This document shows positions 49,892 to 60,529 of a stretch of 64,000 nt of DNA, piece by piece. The notes under the pieces are model-generated. The model had not been told where the DNA came from. It saw nothing but the letters and a program-made list of their open reading frames with translations, and searched no databases. Position 1 is the first letter of the stretch; the number at the start of each line of letters is the position of its first letter. Origin of the DNA: Candidatus Heimdallarchaeum endolithica (lineage in GTDB: Archaea > Asgardarchaeota > Heimdallarchaeia > Heimdallarchaeales > Heimdallarchaeaceae). The position numbers were made by a program, and so were the translations under genes. The stretch spans positions 1,600,001 through 1,664,000 of the forward strand of contig CP084167.1 of assembly GCA_021513715.1 (NCBI GenBank). Reading direction: 5' to 3'.

Positions 49892-50992
49892 ATGTCAACA
49901 ACAGATGTTTATTCAAAACTGACAAGCAACTTAAACCAATCCATCTTTTCTATCCTTATGGGAGCATTATTTAGTGCTGTTATTTTATTGTTGTTTCCTG
50001 AGACATCGACACTTATCTTTTTTATATTTGAGATCCCTTTAGGTTTCTTGATAGCTTTAATTATCACTACAGAATGCTTATATGAATATAGAGATGAGAT
50101 ATCATTAGATACAACTGTAAAAATGATTGGCCCTTTATTTAAGTCGATCTTAATTTCGATTCCAATTATTTTTCTTTATAGCGCAGTAATCATCATACTA
50201 CAAGCAGTTATTCCATCCTTTCAAGTAGTTTTAGAAGATTTTTTAGCTAAAAATGTTCAAGCAATTAGAGAAACAATAATTGCAATTCCTGTTTTATTCT
50301 TTATCCCTAACATCGTTATGGCAGCTTGTATGCCGATTTTTCTATATTTATATGCAAAAACACACTTTTTACTCTTTGGAAAACCTAAAGAACGAGCAAA
50401 AGCTAAAAAGTCATTTGAACAGGAAAGAATCGAGGTTGAATTTAGAGAAAGGAAAGAATCGGTTCTTAAACAGATTTACGATGAAAATATCCGAATGCAA
50501 CAATATCTTCTTGAGCTACAAGTTCTTCCCAAAGAAATTGAGAAAGTAAACAGCCATGAAAGCTACAAAGCTTTACTTACAAGATTAGAAATGATGAATT
50601 CTTACGTAGAATCTGTAGGAGAATTTTCAGATAAAAAGTATAAGAAAATATTAGAGGAAGAAGAAGTAAAAAATAGTCTTTCAGCACTCAACCTTCAAAA
50701 AAATGCAGTAGCAGAAAAAGTAAAAGAATATATAAAAGAGCTTAAGAAATCAAAGAAAAAATTTGAAAAACCTATTAAAGAAGAAGAAAATACTGAAGAA
50801 GAAAATATTGAAGAAGAAAATACTGAAGAAGAAAATACTGAAGAAGAAAATATTGAAGAAGAAAATACTGAAGAAGAAAATATTGAAGAAGAAAATACTG
50901 AAGAAGAAAATATTGAAGAAGAAAATACTGAAGAAGAAAATATTGAAGAAGAAAATACTGAAGAAGAAAATACTGAAGAAGAAACTAAATAA
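49892..50992 (+). CDS. Membrane protein (4 TM) with a coiled coil and acidic repeat tail
   Basis: Hydrophobic N-half, charged helical C-half, (EEEN[T/I])13. Confidence 0.8.
   Translation: MSTTDVYSKLTSNLNQSIFSILMGALFSAVILLLFPETSTLIFFIFEIPLGFLIALIITTECLYEYRDEISLDTTVKMIGPLFKSILISIPIIFLYSAVIIILQAVIPSFQVVLEDFLAKNVQAIRETIIAIPVLFFIPNIVMAACMPIFLYLYAKTHFLLFGKPKERAKAKKSFEQERIEVEFRERKESVLKQIYDENIRMQQYLLELQVLPKEIEKVNSHESYKALLTRLEMMNSYVESVGEFSDKKYKKILEEEEVKNSLSALNLQKNAVAEKVKEYIKELKKSKKKFEKPIKEEENTEEENIEEENTEEENTEEENIEEENTEEENIEEENTEEENIEEENTEEENIEEENTEEENTEEETK
50780..50983 (+). repeat. 15-bp coding tandem repeat GAAGAAGAAAATA[C/T]T x13.6
   Basis: Counted directly; only one position varies. Confidence 0.97.
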
Positions 50993-51022
50993 AAAAAGAA
51001 GATATGGGAAAAAAAGAAAAAA

Positions 51023-51703
51023 CTATTTTGCCTTTTTATATGCCTCTAGCAATTTAGAAGTAAATCCATCTTCAGGATATGCTCCTTCAAATTCAACTAA
51101 CAATTCGTCTCCTTGCAAAATAACTGTTTTTGGCACTCCCATAACATAGTATTTCTGTGCCAACTCAGGAAACTCTGTAGCTTCAACCATTTCTCCAACA
51201 ATATTAGGATTAGCCATAGCAGATTTATGAGCTAATCTTACTGCTTGTGGGCAGTATGGACAAGTAGGAGTTATAAAAACTTGTATATAAAGAGATTTAT
51301 CAATTTTCTCAATTTTCTTAAGGTTCTCTTCTTTTAATGTTACTTTTCCTAAAGATATGTCAAGAAAATCTTCAATTAGAGTGCCAAATTCGTATCCAGA
51401 AGGTATACCAGTAAGAAGAAGTTTACCTTTAACACTTGAACCTTCAAGAATTATAGCAGGAAAGTTTTCAATCCCATATTTTTCTATTTCATCATCATTT
51501 TCTCCAGTTTTATATTCTTCAAGTTTGATTTTTCCTTCTGGAGCAAGATCTGCAATTATTTTAATAATTTCCTTTGTCTCATTACAAGTCAAACATCTAT
51601 CATCTGAAAGAAATAATTTAGCTGTAACTGTATTTTCCATATGCAAAAGCATTTCTTTTACTTGGTGTTTAATATCATCACTTATGTTGATACTCATAAT
51701 CAT
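51023..51703 (-). CDS. pdo: Protein disulfide oxidoreductase (two thioredoxin folds, AhpF-N-like)
   Basis: CLTC and CPYC motifs, GIPSGYEF, VMGVP. Confidence 0.92.
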   Translation of the reverse strand: MIMSINISDDIKHQVKEMLLHMENTVTAKLFLSDDRCLTCNETKEIIKIIADLAPEGKIKLEEYKTGENDDEIEKYGIENFPAIILEGSSVKGKLLLTGIPSGYEFGTLIEDFLDISLGKVTLKEENLKKIEKIDKSLYIQVFITPTCPYCPQAVRLAHKSAMANPNIVGEMVEATEFPELAQKYYVMGVPKTVILQGDELLVEFEGAYPEDGFTSKLLEAYKKAK

Positions 51704-51851
51704 TACCTTTTTGTTTTATATTTATTTCTTCAAAACTATTTTTTTAAATATTAGCTTCTAACAAAAAAGGATTGTTTTATACGAGAACCAACAGATAAAT
51801 TAATACCTCTTAAAAAAATGGAAACCAATTAAATCAAGTAATCTAAAAAGA

Positions 51852-52124
51852 TCAACCTGTTCTCTTGATGATATGGAAACCAAATTCTGTTTTTACTATG
51901 TCAGACAATTCACCTTTTTTAAGGGAAAATGCTGCTTTTTCAAATTCCTTAACCATCTGACCATGGGTGAAAAAACCTAAGTTTCCTCCTCTCTTACTAC
52001 TTGGACAAGTTGAATATTTTCTTGCTAATTCTGCAAAATCAGCTCCATCTTGTAATTCTTTTAATATTCTTTCAGCTTCAGATCTCTTTTTTACTAAAAT
52101 GTGACTTGCTTTAACCTTAACCAT
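51852..52124 (-). CDS. ppiC: Parvulin-type peptidyl-prolyl isomerase
   Basis: [39 protein letters not shown]. Confidence 0.95.
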   Translation of the reverse strand: MVKVKASHILVKKRSEAERILKELQDGADFAELARKYSTCPSSKRGGNLGFFTHGQMVKEFEKAAFSLKKGELSDIVKTEFGFHIIKRTG

Positions 52125-52192
52125 TTTATCACCATATTATTTACTATATATCTTTTTAAAACTATTCGTATAAAAACAAATACCAAGATCTG

Positions 52193-52477
52193 CTACTCTT
52201 CTCTTTTTATGATATGATAACCTATCTTTGTTTTAACAACGCCAGATATTTCACCTTTATTAAGTTTGAAGGCAACATCCTCAAATTCTTTTACCATTCT
52301 CCCTTTCGAAAATTCAGGAAGTTTACCCCCATCTTTTCTTGTAGTACAAAGAGAGTGGGTTTTTGCAAGGTTATTAAAATCGGCCCCATGTCTTAATTCC
52401 TCTAATATTTGCTCAGCTTCTGAATATTTTTTTACAAAGATATGGGAAACTTTTACTTTATCTGTCACTTTTATCAA
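52193..52477 (-). CDS. ppiC: Parvulin-type peptidyl-prolyl isomerase, second copy
   Basis: VSHIFVK, FNNLAKTHSLC, GGKL, MVKEFE, GYHII. Confidence 0.92.
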   Translation of the reverse strand: MIKVTDKVKVSHIFVKKYSEAEQILEELRHGADFNNLAKTHSLCTTRKDGGKLPEFSKGRMVKEFEDVAFKLNKGEISGVVKTKIGYHIIKREE

Positions 52478-52598
52478 CCTATTTTTAGAGAATAGCCTAT
52501 AATACAGAGAATACTAACAGCATATTTATAAAGAATAAAAACCTATATAACACTTTTGAATAAGGAAAAAAATTTTTTACTTTTAAAAAAAAAGAAAT

Positions 52599-53291
52599 TT
52601 ATTCAAGGATTATTCTTGCGTCTATAGCCTTTAAACCATCTTTAGTAACCATCACAGGATTCAAATCCATCTCTTTGATTTCTGGATGAATTTCGACAAG
52701 CTTTGAGAGATTTAGAAGTAAAGACTTTAAATCGTTCATTTTCAGAGCAGGCATTCCTCTAAAACCTTCCAACATCTTCCTTCCTTTTATTTCACAATAC
52801 ATTTCTTCTACATCGTTTTCAGATATGGGAATTAACCTAAAAGACACATCTTTGTAAACTTCGACGAAGATTCCACCTATTCCAAAAGCAATCATTTTTC
52901 CAAATTGAGGATCAGTAGTTTGACCTACTAGCACTTCAACTCCTGAAACCATCTCTTCAATCGAAAAACCGTCTATTTTTGCTCCAGGATGATAGGTTGT
53001 TACTGATTCCATCATTTCTTCATAAGCTTTCTTCAATTCAGAATCAGATTTAATACCTACTTTCACGCCTCCAGCTTCTGTTTTATGGATAATATCTTCT
53101 GAAATTACCTTAAGAACAACAGGATAGCCGATTTCGTTAGCTTTTGCTATACACTCATCTAAATTTTTTCCGACTTCAATTTTGTTTAAAGGAACACCAG
53201 CTAGTTCCATAACCTTTCTTGATTCTTCATAGGTTAAGACATTTCGTCCTTGACCCTTAACTTCTTCAAATATTTTATTAATTTCATCCAT
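52599..53291 (-). CDS. acdB: ADP-forming acyl-CoA synthetase beta subunit (second pair)
   Basis: GYPVVLK, HKTEAGGV, DPQFG, GGIFVE, EMDLNP, IDARII. Confidence 0.92.
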   Translation of the reverse strand: MDEINKIFEEVKGQGRNVLTYEESRKVMELAGVPLNKIEVGKNLDECIAKANEIGYPVVLKVISEDIIHKTEAGGVKVGIKSDSELKKAYEEMMESVTTYHPGAKIDGFSIEEMVSGVEVLVGQTTDPQFGKMIAFGIGGIFVEVYKDVSFRLIPISENDVEEMYCEIKGRKMLEGFRGMPALKMNDLKSLLLNLSKLVEIHPEIKEMDLNPVMVTKDGLKAIDARIILE

Positions 53292-54725
53292 TTATTTGCA
53301 CCCCTCATATTTTTTTGTTAAACTATCGACATTTTCTCTTCTGAGGAATTTTCCTCTATCAACCAAAGCTTTCATCGCGATAACTGCTCTCTCGGCAGAT
53401 GGTAAGGTTGGTATACCTTTATAGTTCAACCATTTGAAAGCTTCTAAGTGGTCCATCCCAACAAATGCACAAACTATAGGCTTTTTTGTAGTTGTACTTA
53501 CTTGATAAATTGCATCAGCAACTTTATCAGGAACAGCTCTTGACCCTGGATTAAATAAGGGACAAACACCATCTACTTCTGGAGCATCAACCAAAATTTG
53601 TAATACTTTTCTAAACCTAACGTGATCTGCATCACCAATAATATCAACGGGATTTTGTTTACTCCATGTTAGAGGACAAACTTCATTAATTTTCGCTATT
53701 GTTTCTTCGCTTAATGTTGCTAGTTTTAGTCCTACATCTGCTGCTTTATCTGCAGAAATGACAATTATTCCTCCCGCATTGCTTAAAATAGCAATTTTTT
53801 CGCCATCAGGTGGAAGTTGAGTACTAAACGCTTGAGCAACATCAAATAATTCAAACCATTCTTTCGCTCTATATACTCCTGCTTGTTTAAAAGCAGCTTC
53901 ATAACTAGCATCTTGAGTACTAATTGAACCAGTATGACTAGAAGCAGCTGCTGCACCATAAGAAGTACGACCAGATTTTAAAACTACAATAGGTTGTCTC
54001 CATGTAATTTTTTTTGCTTCTTCAAAGAATTTTCTTCCATCGGGCATGCTTTCCACATAAAGTCCAATACACTTTGTTTTATAATCATCAGCAAAATACT
54101 CCAACAGGTCTGCATCATCTACATCTGCCTTGTTTCCTATACTTATAAAGTGAGAATAACCTATTCCTACTTTATTACTGTGTAATATTGCTGAAATGCA
54201 AAGAGCACCTGATTGACTAATAAAAGCAAGAGTACCTTTTTGTGGTGCTTCATCTGCGAATGTACCATTAAATTGAATATGAGGATTATAAATTCCCAAA
54301 CAATTAGGACCTACAATTCGCATGTTATAACTTTGAGCTATCTTTACTATTTCTTGTTCAGCATCTTTTTTTCCAGTTTCTCCAAAACCTGCTGTAATAA
54401 TAACTGCGGCTTTTACTCCTTTTTTTCCACATTCATGCAAAACTGAAATAACAAATTGGGGAGGAACAACAATAATTGCTTGATCTACCTCATCAGAAAC
54501 ATCTAAAATTGACTTATATGCCTTAAGCCCCATTATTTCTTCTGCTTTAGGATGAACTGGAAAAATTTTACCTTGAAAGCCTTTTGATTTATCAGTTTCA
54601 CCTACCAAATAATGAACAATGTTATCCATTATTCTATTTCCTATTTTATCAGGAGTTGGAGTTGCGCCTATTATAGCTACTGAGTTTGGTTCAAAAAGTG
54701 CTTTTATCCCAAGATCGGTACTCAA
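53292..54725 (-). CDS. acdA: ADP-forming acyl-CoA synthetase alpha subunit (second pair)
   Basis: PNSVAIIGA, GPNCLG, SQSGA, SIGNKAD, SHTG, NPVDIIGDA. Confidence 0.93.
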   Translation of the reverse strand: MSTDLGIKALFEPNSVAIIGATPTPDKIGNRIMDNIVHYLVGETDKSKGFQGKIFPVHPKAEEIMGLKAYKSILDVSDEVDQAIIVVPPQFVISVLHECGKKGVKAAVIITAGFGETGKKDAEQEIVKIAQSYNMRIVGPNCLGIYNPHIQFNGTFADEAPQKGTLAFISQSGALCISAILHSNKVGIGYSHFISIGNKADVDDADLLEYFADDYKTKCIGLYVESMPDGRKFFEEAKKITWRQPIVVLKSGRTSYGAAAASSHTGSISTQDASYEAAFKQAGVYRAKEWFELFDVAQAFSTQLPPDGEKIAILSNAGGIIVISADKAADVGLKLATLSEETIAKINEVCPLTWSKQNPVDIIGDADHVRFRKVLQILVDAPEVDGVCPLFNPGSRAVPDKVADAIYQVSTTTKKPIVCAFVGMDHLEAFKWLNYKGIPTLPSAERAVIAMKALVDRGKFLRRENVDSLTKKYEGCK

Positions 54726-54885
54726 ATTTATCGACTCCAGTGTTTAGTTGAACAAAATTAAACTCATTTAAAACATTAATGTTAAGTAATTGTAATAACA
54801 AAAGAGAGTAGAATTTCTAAAAAATTGTACATTTAAGATAGATATCACACTACTATTTAAATAAAAGAAATAGTATAAACAAATA

Positions 54886-56568
54886 ATGAAAAAAAAACTT
54901 TTCTGGCTTCAGAGAACTTTTTTAACTTTCGCTGTTACTATTATTTTCACTCTTTCACTAAATACATCACAATTCACACCCGGTGTTTTTGCTATTGAAA
55001 ATGATATAAATTATTTTGAAATAAGTAGCCAACAACCAATATCCATTGAAAACGATGAAGATTTTAAAAAATATGACTTTAGTGGGAATGGATCAAGTTC
55101 TAATCCTTATTTAATCAAGAATCTGGTGATAATAGGAAAAACAATTGCAATTTCAGTGAAGAATACTACAAAGTATTTTGCTATAGTCGATTGTAGGATC
55201 AGATTCTGCGACATTGGCATTTATATCTTTAATGCATCAAAAGGAACTGCAGTTATATTAAATAATTCTCTTTCATATATCCAAGATCAAAATGCTTTGG
55301 GCTCAGTAGGTCAAGCAATTTTTGTTTCTGAATCAGAAGGAATAAAAATAGAAAATAACGAAATTATTGATTCTGATATAGCGATTTTTCTTTCACAATC
55401 ACCTTATTCACAAATAGTCAATAACATTATTAAAGAAAAATATGGAATAACAGTTATTTCTTCCATACAAACTTTAATCGAGAATAATTCACTTACAAAC
55501 TGTGGATTAAACATATATGGTAAAACAGAAATCGAAGAATATAATGCTTATATTATAAAAAATAACTTCATAAATGATAAAAAACTTGGATATTTTGTAG
55601 ATCTCACCGATAAGGTTATTGACAAGGGCATTTATGGTCAAATACTTTTAATTAATTGCACAAACTTTGCAATTGAAAATCAAGTTTTAACCGATACAAC
55701 GACAGGAATAACAATGTATTTCTGTAAAAATATTGAAATAACAAATTGTTACTCATATTCAAATATTTTTGAAGGTGTAGCTGCTTATGGTTCATCAGAT
55801 ATTTACATTCATAATTCAATATTAGAAGAAAATGGATTTGGTTTTACAGGTTGTGGGATTAGGTTAAGAGAAACAGAAGACAGTTTAATAGAGGATAATG
55901 TTATGAGATATAATAAAGGAGATGGGGGAATATTAGCATCACTTACTAATAATATAAGCATAAAAAATAATGTTTTATCTTTTAACAAAGGAGAAGGTAT
56001 TGCGCTAAAAACATGCAATAACACAAAGATTCAAGGTAATATTTGTTTTGGAAATGGAATTGATGGTTTATCCCTTCTTGCAACAAACAACTCTTTAATT
56101 GAAAAAAATTACTTTGTTGAAAATGCAGAAACTGGGGTTTTTCTTTTTGATTCATGTTACAATTCAATAATAAACAATACTATTATGAATAACTATAATT
56201 ATGGTATAATGCTAATGGATGCTATTGCCGACAATAAAGTGAGGTGTAGGGATAATATCATCTATCTTAATTTCTTTATTAATAATAATGTTAATGGGAC
56301 ATCACAAGCATTTGATAACGGATATAATAATAAATGGTACAATGAAACTATAAAAAAAGGTAATTATTGGTCTGATAACACCAAAAGAAAATATGAAATA
56401 AGTGGGGCAGCAAAATCTTATGACAAATTCCCAATAAAGACAAATTTGGAGAGAGTCTCTTTTAGTAATTTTATATATCTCTCTATAATAATCTGTGTTG
56501 TTGCAAAAATAAAAAAAAATAAAGAATTAAAGAAGTTTCATAGAATATTCTTTCATTGGTTCAAATAA
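54886..56568 (+). CDS. Secreted right-handed parallel beta-helix (NosD/CASH-like) surface protein
   Basis: Signal peptide, GNGSSSNPYLI, many GIxL..xNNxI..N repeats, GNYWSD, D..P, C-terminal TM. Confidence 0.88.
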   Translation: MKKKLFWLQRTFLTFAVTIIFTLSLNTSQFTPGVFAIENDINYFEISSQQPISIENDEDFKKYDFSGNGSSSNPYLIKNLVIIGKTIAISVKNTTKYFAIVDCRIRFCDIGIYIFNASKGTAVILNNSLSYIQDQNALGSVGQAIFVSESEGIKIENNEIIDSDIAIFLSQSPYSQIVNNIIKEKYGITVISSIQTLIENNSLTNCGLNIYGKTEIEEYNAYIIKNNFINDKKLGYFVDLTDKVIDKGIYGQILLINCTNFAIENQVLTDTTTGITMYFCKNIEITNCYSYSNIFEGVAAYGSSDIYIHNSILEENGFGFTGCGIRLRETEDSLIEDNVMRYNKGDGGILASLTNNISIKNNVLSFNKGEGIALKTCNNTKIQGNICFGNGIDGLSLLATNNSLIEKNYFVENAETGVFLFDSCYNSIINNTIMNNYNYGIMLMDAIADNKVRCRDNIIYLNFFINNNVNGTSQAFDNGYNNKWYNETIKKGNYWSDNTKRKYEISGAAKSYDKFPIKTNLERVSFSNFIYLSIIICVVAKIKKNKELKKFHRIFFHWFK

Positions 56569-58416
56569 TTTTACACCTGTTCTTTCTTCTACCAAAGAAA
56601 TGATTTTGTTGTATAATTTTTCATAATCAAATTCTTTGATATCATTTTTTCCAGGCAATACTATTCCTTCTTTTTCTGCAATTTTTAGTGCTTCTTCATA
56701 TCCTGCAGCAGAGTGTCGAAGAATTGCGCTTAATGGATCCCAAGTTAATACTCTAAATAGTTTTTCTTGGGCTAATCTTGTTCCATCTGCTACTATTACT
56801 TGTCCTGCATGTAAACTATATCCTACTCCTACTCCTCCACCACCATGGTAACTTACCCATGTTGCGCCTGTGAGTGCATTCCCTAATAGGTTTAAAACAG
56901 GATAATCTCCAATTGCATCACTACCATCTTTCATTCCTTCTGTTTCTCTATTTGGAGAAGCAACAGAACCTCCATCTAAATGGTCTCTACCTATAATAAC
57001 TGGTGCTTTGAGTTTCCTTTCAGCTACAAGTTTATTCATTAACATACCAAAGGCAGCTCTACCTATGAAACCAGCCCAAAAAACTCTAGCTGGAAGTCCT
57101 TTCTCAAATGGAATATATTTAGAAGCGAGATTTATCCAATTAACAAGTTGGTGATCATCATAGAATAGTTTTTTGGCGTATTCATCAGTTATTCGGATAT
57201 CTTCTGGGTCATTGCTTAGAGCTGCCCATCTGAAAGGACCTTTACCTACACAGAATAAGGGGCGAACATATGCAACAACAAATCCCGGAAAATCAAATGC
57301 ATCTTCTACTCCAAGCTCATAGGCTTGTTGTCTAATGTTATTCCCATAATCAAAAGTTTCAGCTCCTCGTTTATGCAACTCAATCATAAGTTTTACATGC
57401 CTCTGGACTGTCTCTTTAGATCTTCTCAAATACTCTTCAGGGTCAGTTTTTCTTAATTGATCTGCTTCTTCACAAGTCATATTTTGAGGATAATAGCCAT
57501 TCAATAAATCATGGGCAGAGGTTTGATCTGTTAGAACATGAGGAGTAATATTATTGTCAACCAGATATTGAAGAAGATCAACAGCATTACAACAAACACC
57601 TATTGACACAGCTTCATTTCGTTCTGCGTACTCTTTTGCAATATTTACAGCTTTTTCTATATTATTTGTCTTTATATCAAGATAAGGAGCTCCTTGCTCT
57701 CTTCCCTCATTATACATCCTGTCTACTAATTTAGGATTAATTTCAGCTATAATTGAAACTCTATCGCACATTTTTGCAGCTAAAGGTTGAGCTCCAGACA
57801 TTAACCCAAGACCAGAGGAAATAAACAGTTGTTTTTCAAAATTAGAAAGCTTTTCATAAGCTTCACTACTTTGAGCAGATTTAATTGCTGCAGCAATAGT
57901 TTCATAAGTTCCTTGAATTATACCTTGTAAACCTATAAAAATAAAAGAACCTGCAGTCATTTGTCCGTATACTGTAAGTCCAGCGTCAACCATTTCTTGG
58001 AAATAAGGTGTCCAGTGAGGAACTATAACACTATTAGTTATTACAACCCTTGGAGCCCAACGTGTCGTTTGCATTTTACCATAAGAAACTCCAGATTGTA
58101 AAAATAGTGTTTCATTAGGTTCTAGAGTTTTCAACAAGTCAATTGTTTCAAAAAAGGATTTCCAATCCCTTGCTACTTTTCCTGAACCTCCATAAATATA
58201 AAGAGTTTTCCAATCTCTTCCATTGTGAAGATTAGAAAGCATAGCTCGAATAACAGCCTCTGTTTCCCAACCAGCTTTTGTATGAGGTTTAAGAGCTTCT
58301 TCTCCCTTAGGTAAGGGGGGTATGTCTTTAGGCATATGATCCATTCTTAATTTTTGCTCTTCAGAGAGCTTTTCTTCTCCCGCAATTATTTTTTCTAAAC
58401 GGTTTCTATAACCCAT
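56527..58416 (-). CDS. hutU: Urocanate hydratase
   Basis: YGQMTAGS, QGTYET, TDQTSAHD, DYGNNIR, GKGPFRW, GRDHLD, SPNRETE, HGGGGVG. Confidence 0.96.
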   Translation of the reverse strand: MGYRNRLEKIIAGEEKLSEEQKLRMDHMPKDIPPLPKGEEALKPHTKAGWETEAVIRAMLSNLHNGRDWKTLYIYGGSGKVARDWKSFFETIDLLKTLEPNETLFLQSGVSYGKMQTTRWAPRVVITNSVIVPHWTPYFQEMVDAGLTVYGQMTAGSFIFIGLQGIIQGTYETIAAAIKSAQSSEAYEKLSNFEKQLFISSGLGLMSGAQPLAAKMCDRVSIIAEINPKLVDRMYNEGREQGAPYLDIKTNNIEKAVNIAKEYAERNEAVSIGVCCNAVDLLQYLVDNNITPHVLTDQTSAHDLLNGYYPQNMTCEEADQLRKTDPEEYLRRSKETVQRHVKLMIELHKRGAETFDYGNNIRQQAYELGVEDAFDFPGFVVAYVRPLFCVGKGPFRWAALSNDPEDIRITDEYAKKLFYDDHQLVNWINLASKYIPFEKGLPARVFWAGFIGRAAFGMLMNKLVAERKLKAPVIIGRDHLDGGSVASPNRETEGMKDGSDAIGDYPVLNLLGNALTGATWVSYHGGGGVGVGYSLHAGQVIVADGTRLAQEKLFRVLTWDPLSAILRHSAAGYEEALKIAEKEGIVLPGKNDIKEFDYEKLYNKIISLVEERTGVKLFEPMKEYSMKLL

Positions 58417-58514
58417 ATTGATGCCTTCTCTTTTTTATGTAAACATTTTCATCTATTAAAAAAAACTTTCCTTTTGTATTTTTGGTTTTAAATAGTATTA
58501 TCTCAAATAGTTAA

Positions 58515-59282
58515 ATGATAGATGTGACGAAGTCTAGTGAAAAGAGTAAGCTGGAATTTAGTGATCTATTCTTTACAACCTTAGAACAGAGAATATCAGA
58601 TTTATCTAGTTTTGACTCATCACAAAAAAAAAGGAGTGAAAGAATTATTAGAGAACTTTCTCTTTTTTTAACTCAATTTTTTCCTTCAGAGATAGTTCAA
58701 AAAACAGCTTTAGAGCTTAGTTTAAAATTAGAAAAATTTTTTGAGCATGAAGTTGAACTACAAAGATTAACGAGAGTTAGAGTTACCCAATATTTTCTAA
58801 TATTATTAGACACAAATCTATCCCATTTAGGAGAAAAAATTACCCCAATACATCTTGAACTGCTAAAAAAACAAAAAATAGTGCCCGCAAAAAGCAAAAT
58901 ATGTAGCTATCTGGAAATAAAGAAAAAACAAAAAGAATTAGAAAGAAAAAAATTAATTCAAAAATCTAGTAAAGTAAAATTCAGTGAATTAATTAGAAAA
59001 CGTGTAAATAGTATTTTACAAGAATGTGAAATAGATAAAGTTTTTAGGAGAAGAGTAACGGATAAAATCAGAGAAAGAACTAATATTCTTCTAAATAAAG
59101 GAATAAAACCGCATATTGATGTTAATCAAGCAGCAATTGTTTTTATTTTATCAATATCTAGAGATCTTAAAGTGGATAGAAGAATTTCAAAAAGAATAAT
59201 GGAGAAATACTGTGATAAGTATAATTTAGATAAAAAAAAGATTAGAAGACAATATTATCAATTTAATAGAAGAATTTTATAA
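58515..59282 (+). CDS. Hypothetical basic helical protein (possible cyclin/TFB-like C-terminal repeat)
   Basis: Long K/R-rich ORF; C-terminal AAIVFILS...YNLDKKKIRRQY pattern. Confidence 0.65.
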   Translation: MIDVTKSSEKSKLEFSDLFFTTLEQRISDLSSFDSSQKKRSERIIRELSLFLTQFFPSEIVQKTALELSLKLEKFFEHEVELQRLTRVRVTQYFLILLDTNLSHLGEKITPIHLELLKKQKIVPAKSKICSYLEIKKKQKELERKKLIQKSSKVKFSELIRKRVNSILQECEIDKVFRRRVTDKIRERTNILLNKGIKPHIDVNQAAIVFILSISRDLKVDRRISKRIMEKYCDKYNLDKKKIRRQYYQFNRRIL

Positions 59283-59374
59283 GAATGATTTTTCTATTAA
59301 CAAAATTTTTAGTTATGAAAAGTACGATAACTTTCTATCAAAAATTTATTATAATTTTTATTGAACTGTAAATT

Positions 59375-60529
59375 ATGAATTCAAAAAAGAACGAACCACC
59401 TGAAGAAAAAGATATAGTTGTCAAACAGACTCTTACAAGTGGTCCTTTATTTAGTGAATTACTTGAAAGGTATAATAAAGAGAATATAACAATTGGTGTT
59501 ATAGGTTCTCATTCTGCTTTAGATGTTTTAGATGGAGCAAAAAGAGAAGGATTTAGAACCTTAGTTGTCTGTGAAAAAGGGAGAGAAGAGCCATATATTA
59601 GATTTAAAAGAATAATAGATGAAATTATTACTCTCGATCACTTTTCTGATATTTTTAATATTCAAGATGATTTAATTAATAAAAATACAATATTTATTCC
59701 TAATAGAAGTTTTACTGTTTATTGTGGGGCAAATAGAATAGAAAGAGGATTTAGAGTACCAATTTTTGGAAGCAGAAATTTATTAGGAGTGGAAGAAAGA
59801 GTAGGTCCACACAACTATTACCAGATTTTAGATCAAGCAACGATAAAATATCCACGAGTTTATAATTCTCCTGATGAGATTGATGGTCCTGTTATTGTAA
59901 AAATGCCTCATGCAAAACAAAGAGTTGAAAGAGGATTCTTTATTGCTAAAAATAAAGAAGATTTCGAAAAAGAGTTTGAAAAAAGGGTCATTGAGGGAAT
60001 TATAAAAATAGACGATTTAAAAGAAGCGTCCATAGAAGAGTTTGTTTCTGGTGTGCCATTCAACTTCAACTTTTTCTATTCACCACTATTTGATAGAGTA
60101 GAATTAATGGGTATTGACAGGAGATTTGTAACAGACTTAGATGGAATTGTTAGAATACCAGCAGAACAACAACTTAAGTTAGGATTAAAAGAAGAGATGA
60201 AAGAGATAGGTAATTTTGCTGTTACTCTCAGAGAATCAATGCTTAGATATGTTTTTCCTATGGGAGATTATTTTGTTGAAGCGACAAAGAAGCTCTATCC
60301 ACCAGGTATAATAGGTCCCTTTGCTCTACAAACAATGGTAACAAAGGATTATGAATTCAAAGTTTTTGATGTAAGTATGAGAATGGGAGGAGGAACAAAT
60401 TCATTCATGGGAATTGGTAGTAATTACTCCTCAATATACTGGGGAGAACCAGTTTCAGCTGGAAGAAGAGTTGCAATGGAAATTAAATTTGCAGTAAAAC
60501 AACAAAGATTAGCTTACATAGTTACTTAA
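59375..60529 (+). CDS. purP: PurP-family ATP-grasp protein (paralog 1)
   Basis: IGSHSALD, GAKREGF, FIPNRSF, ERGFF, PPGIIGPFALQ, GRRVAMEI. Confidence 0.9.
   Translation: MNSKKNEPPEEKDIVVKQTLTSGPLFSELLERYNKENITIGVIGSHSALDVLDGAKREGFRTLVVCEKGREEPYIRFKRIIDEIITLDHFSDIFNIQDDLINKNTIFIPNRSFTVYCGANRIERGFRVPIFGSRNLLGVEERVGPHNYYQILDQATIKYPRVYNSPDEIDGPVIVKMPHAKQRVERGFFIAKNKEDFEKEFEKRVIEGIIKIDDLKEASIEEFVSGVPFNFNFFYSPLFDRVELMGIDRRFVTDLDGIVRIPAEQQLKLGLKEEMKEIGNFAVTLRESMLRYVFPMGDYFVEATKKLYPPGIIGPFALQTMVTKDYEFKVFDVSMRMGGGTNSFMGIGSNYSSIYWGEPVSAGRRVAMEIKFAVKQQRLAYIVT

Noticed and set aside
50780-50983. CRISPR array
   Set aside because: The units are contiguous 15-mers without spacers, lie inside a CDS, and have no cas genes nearby.
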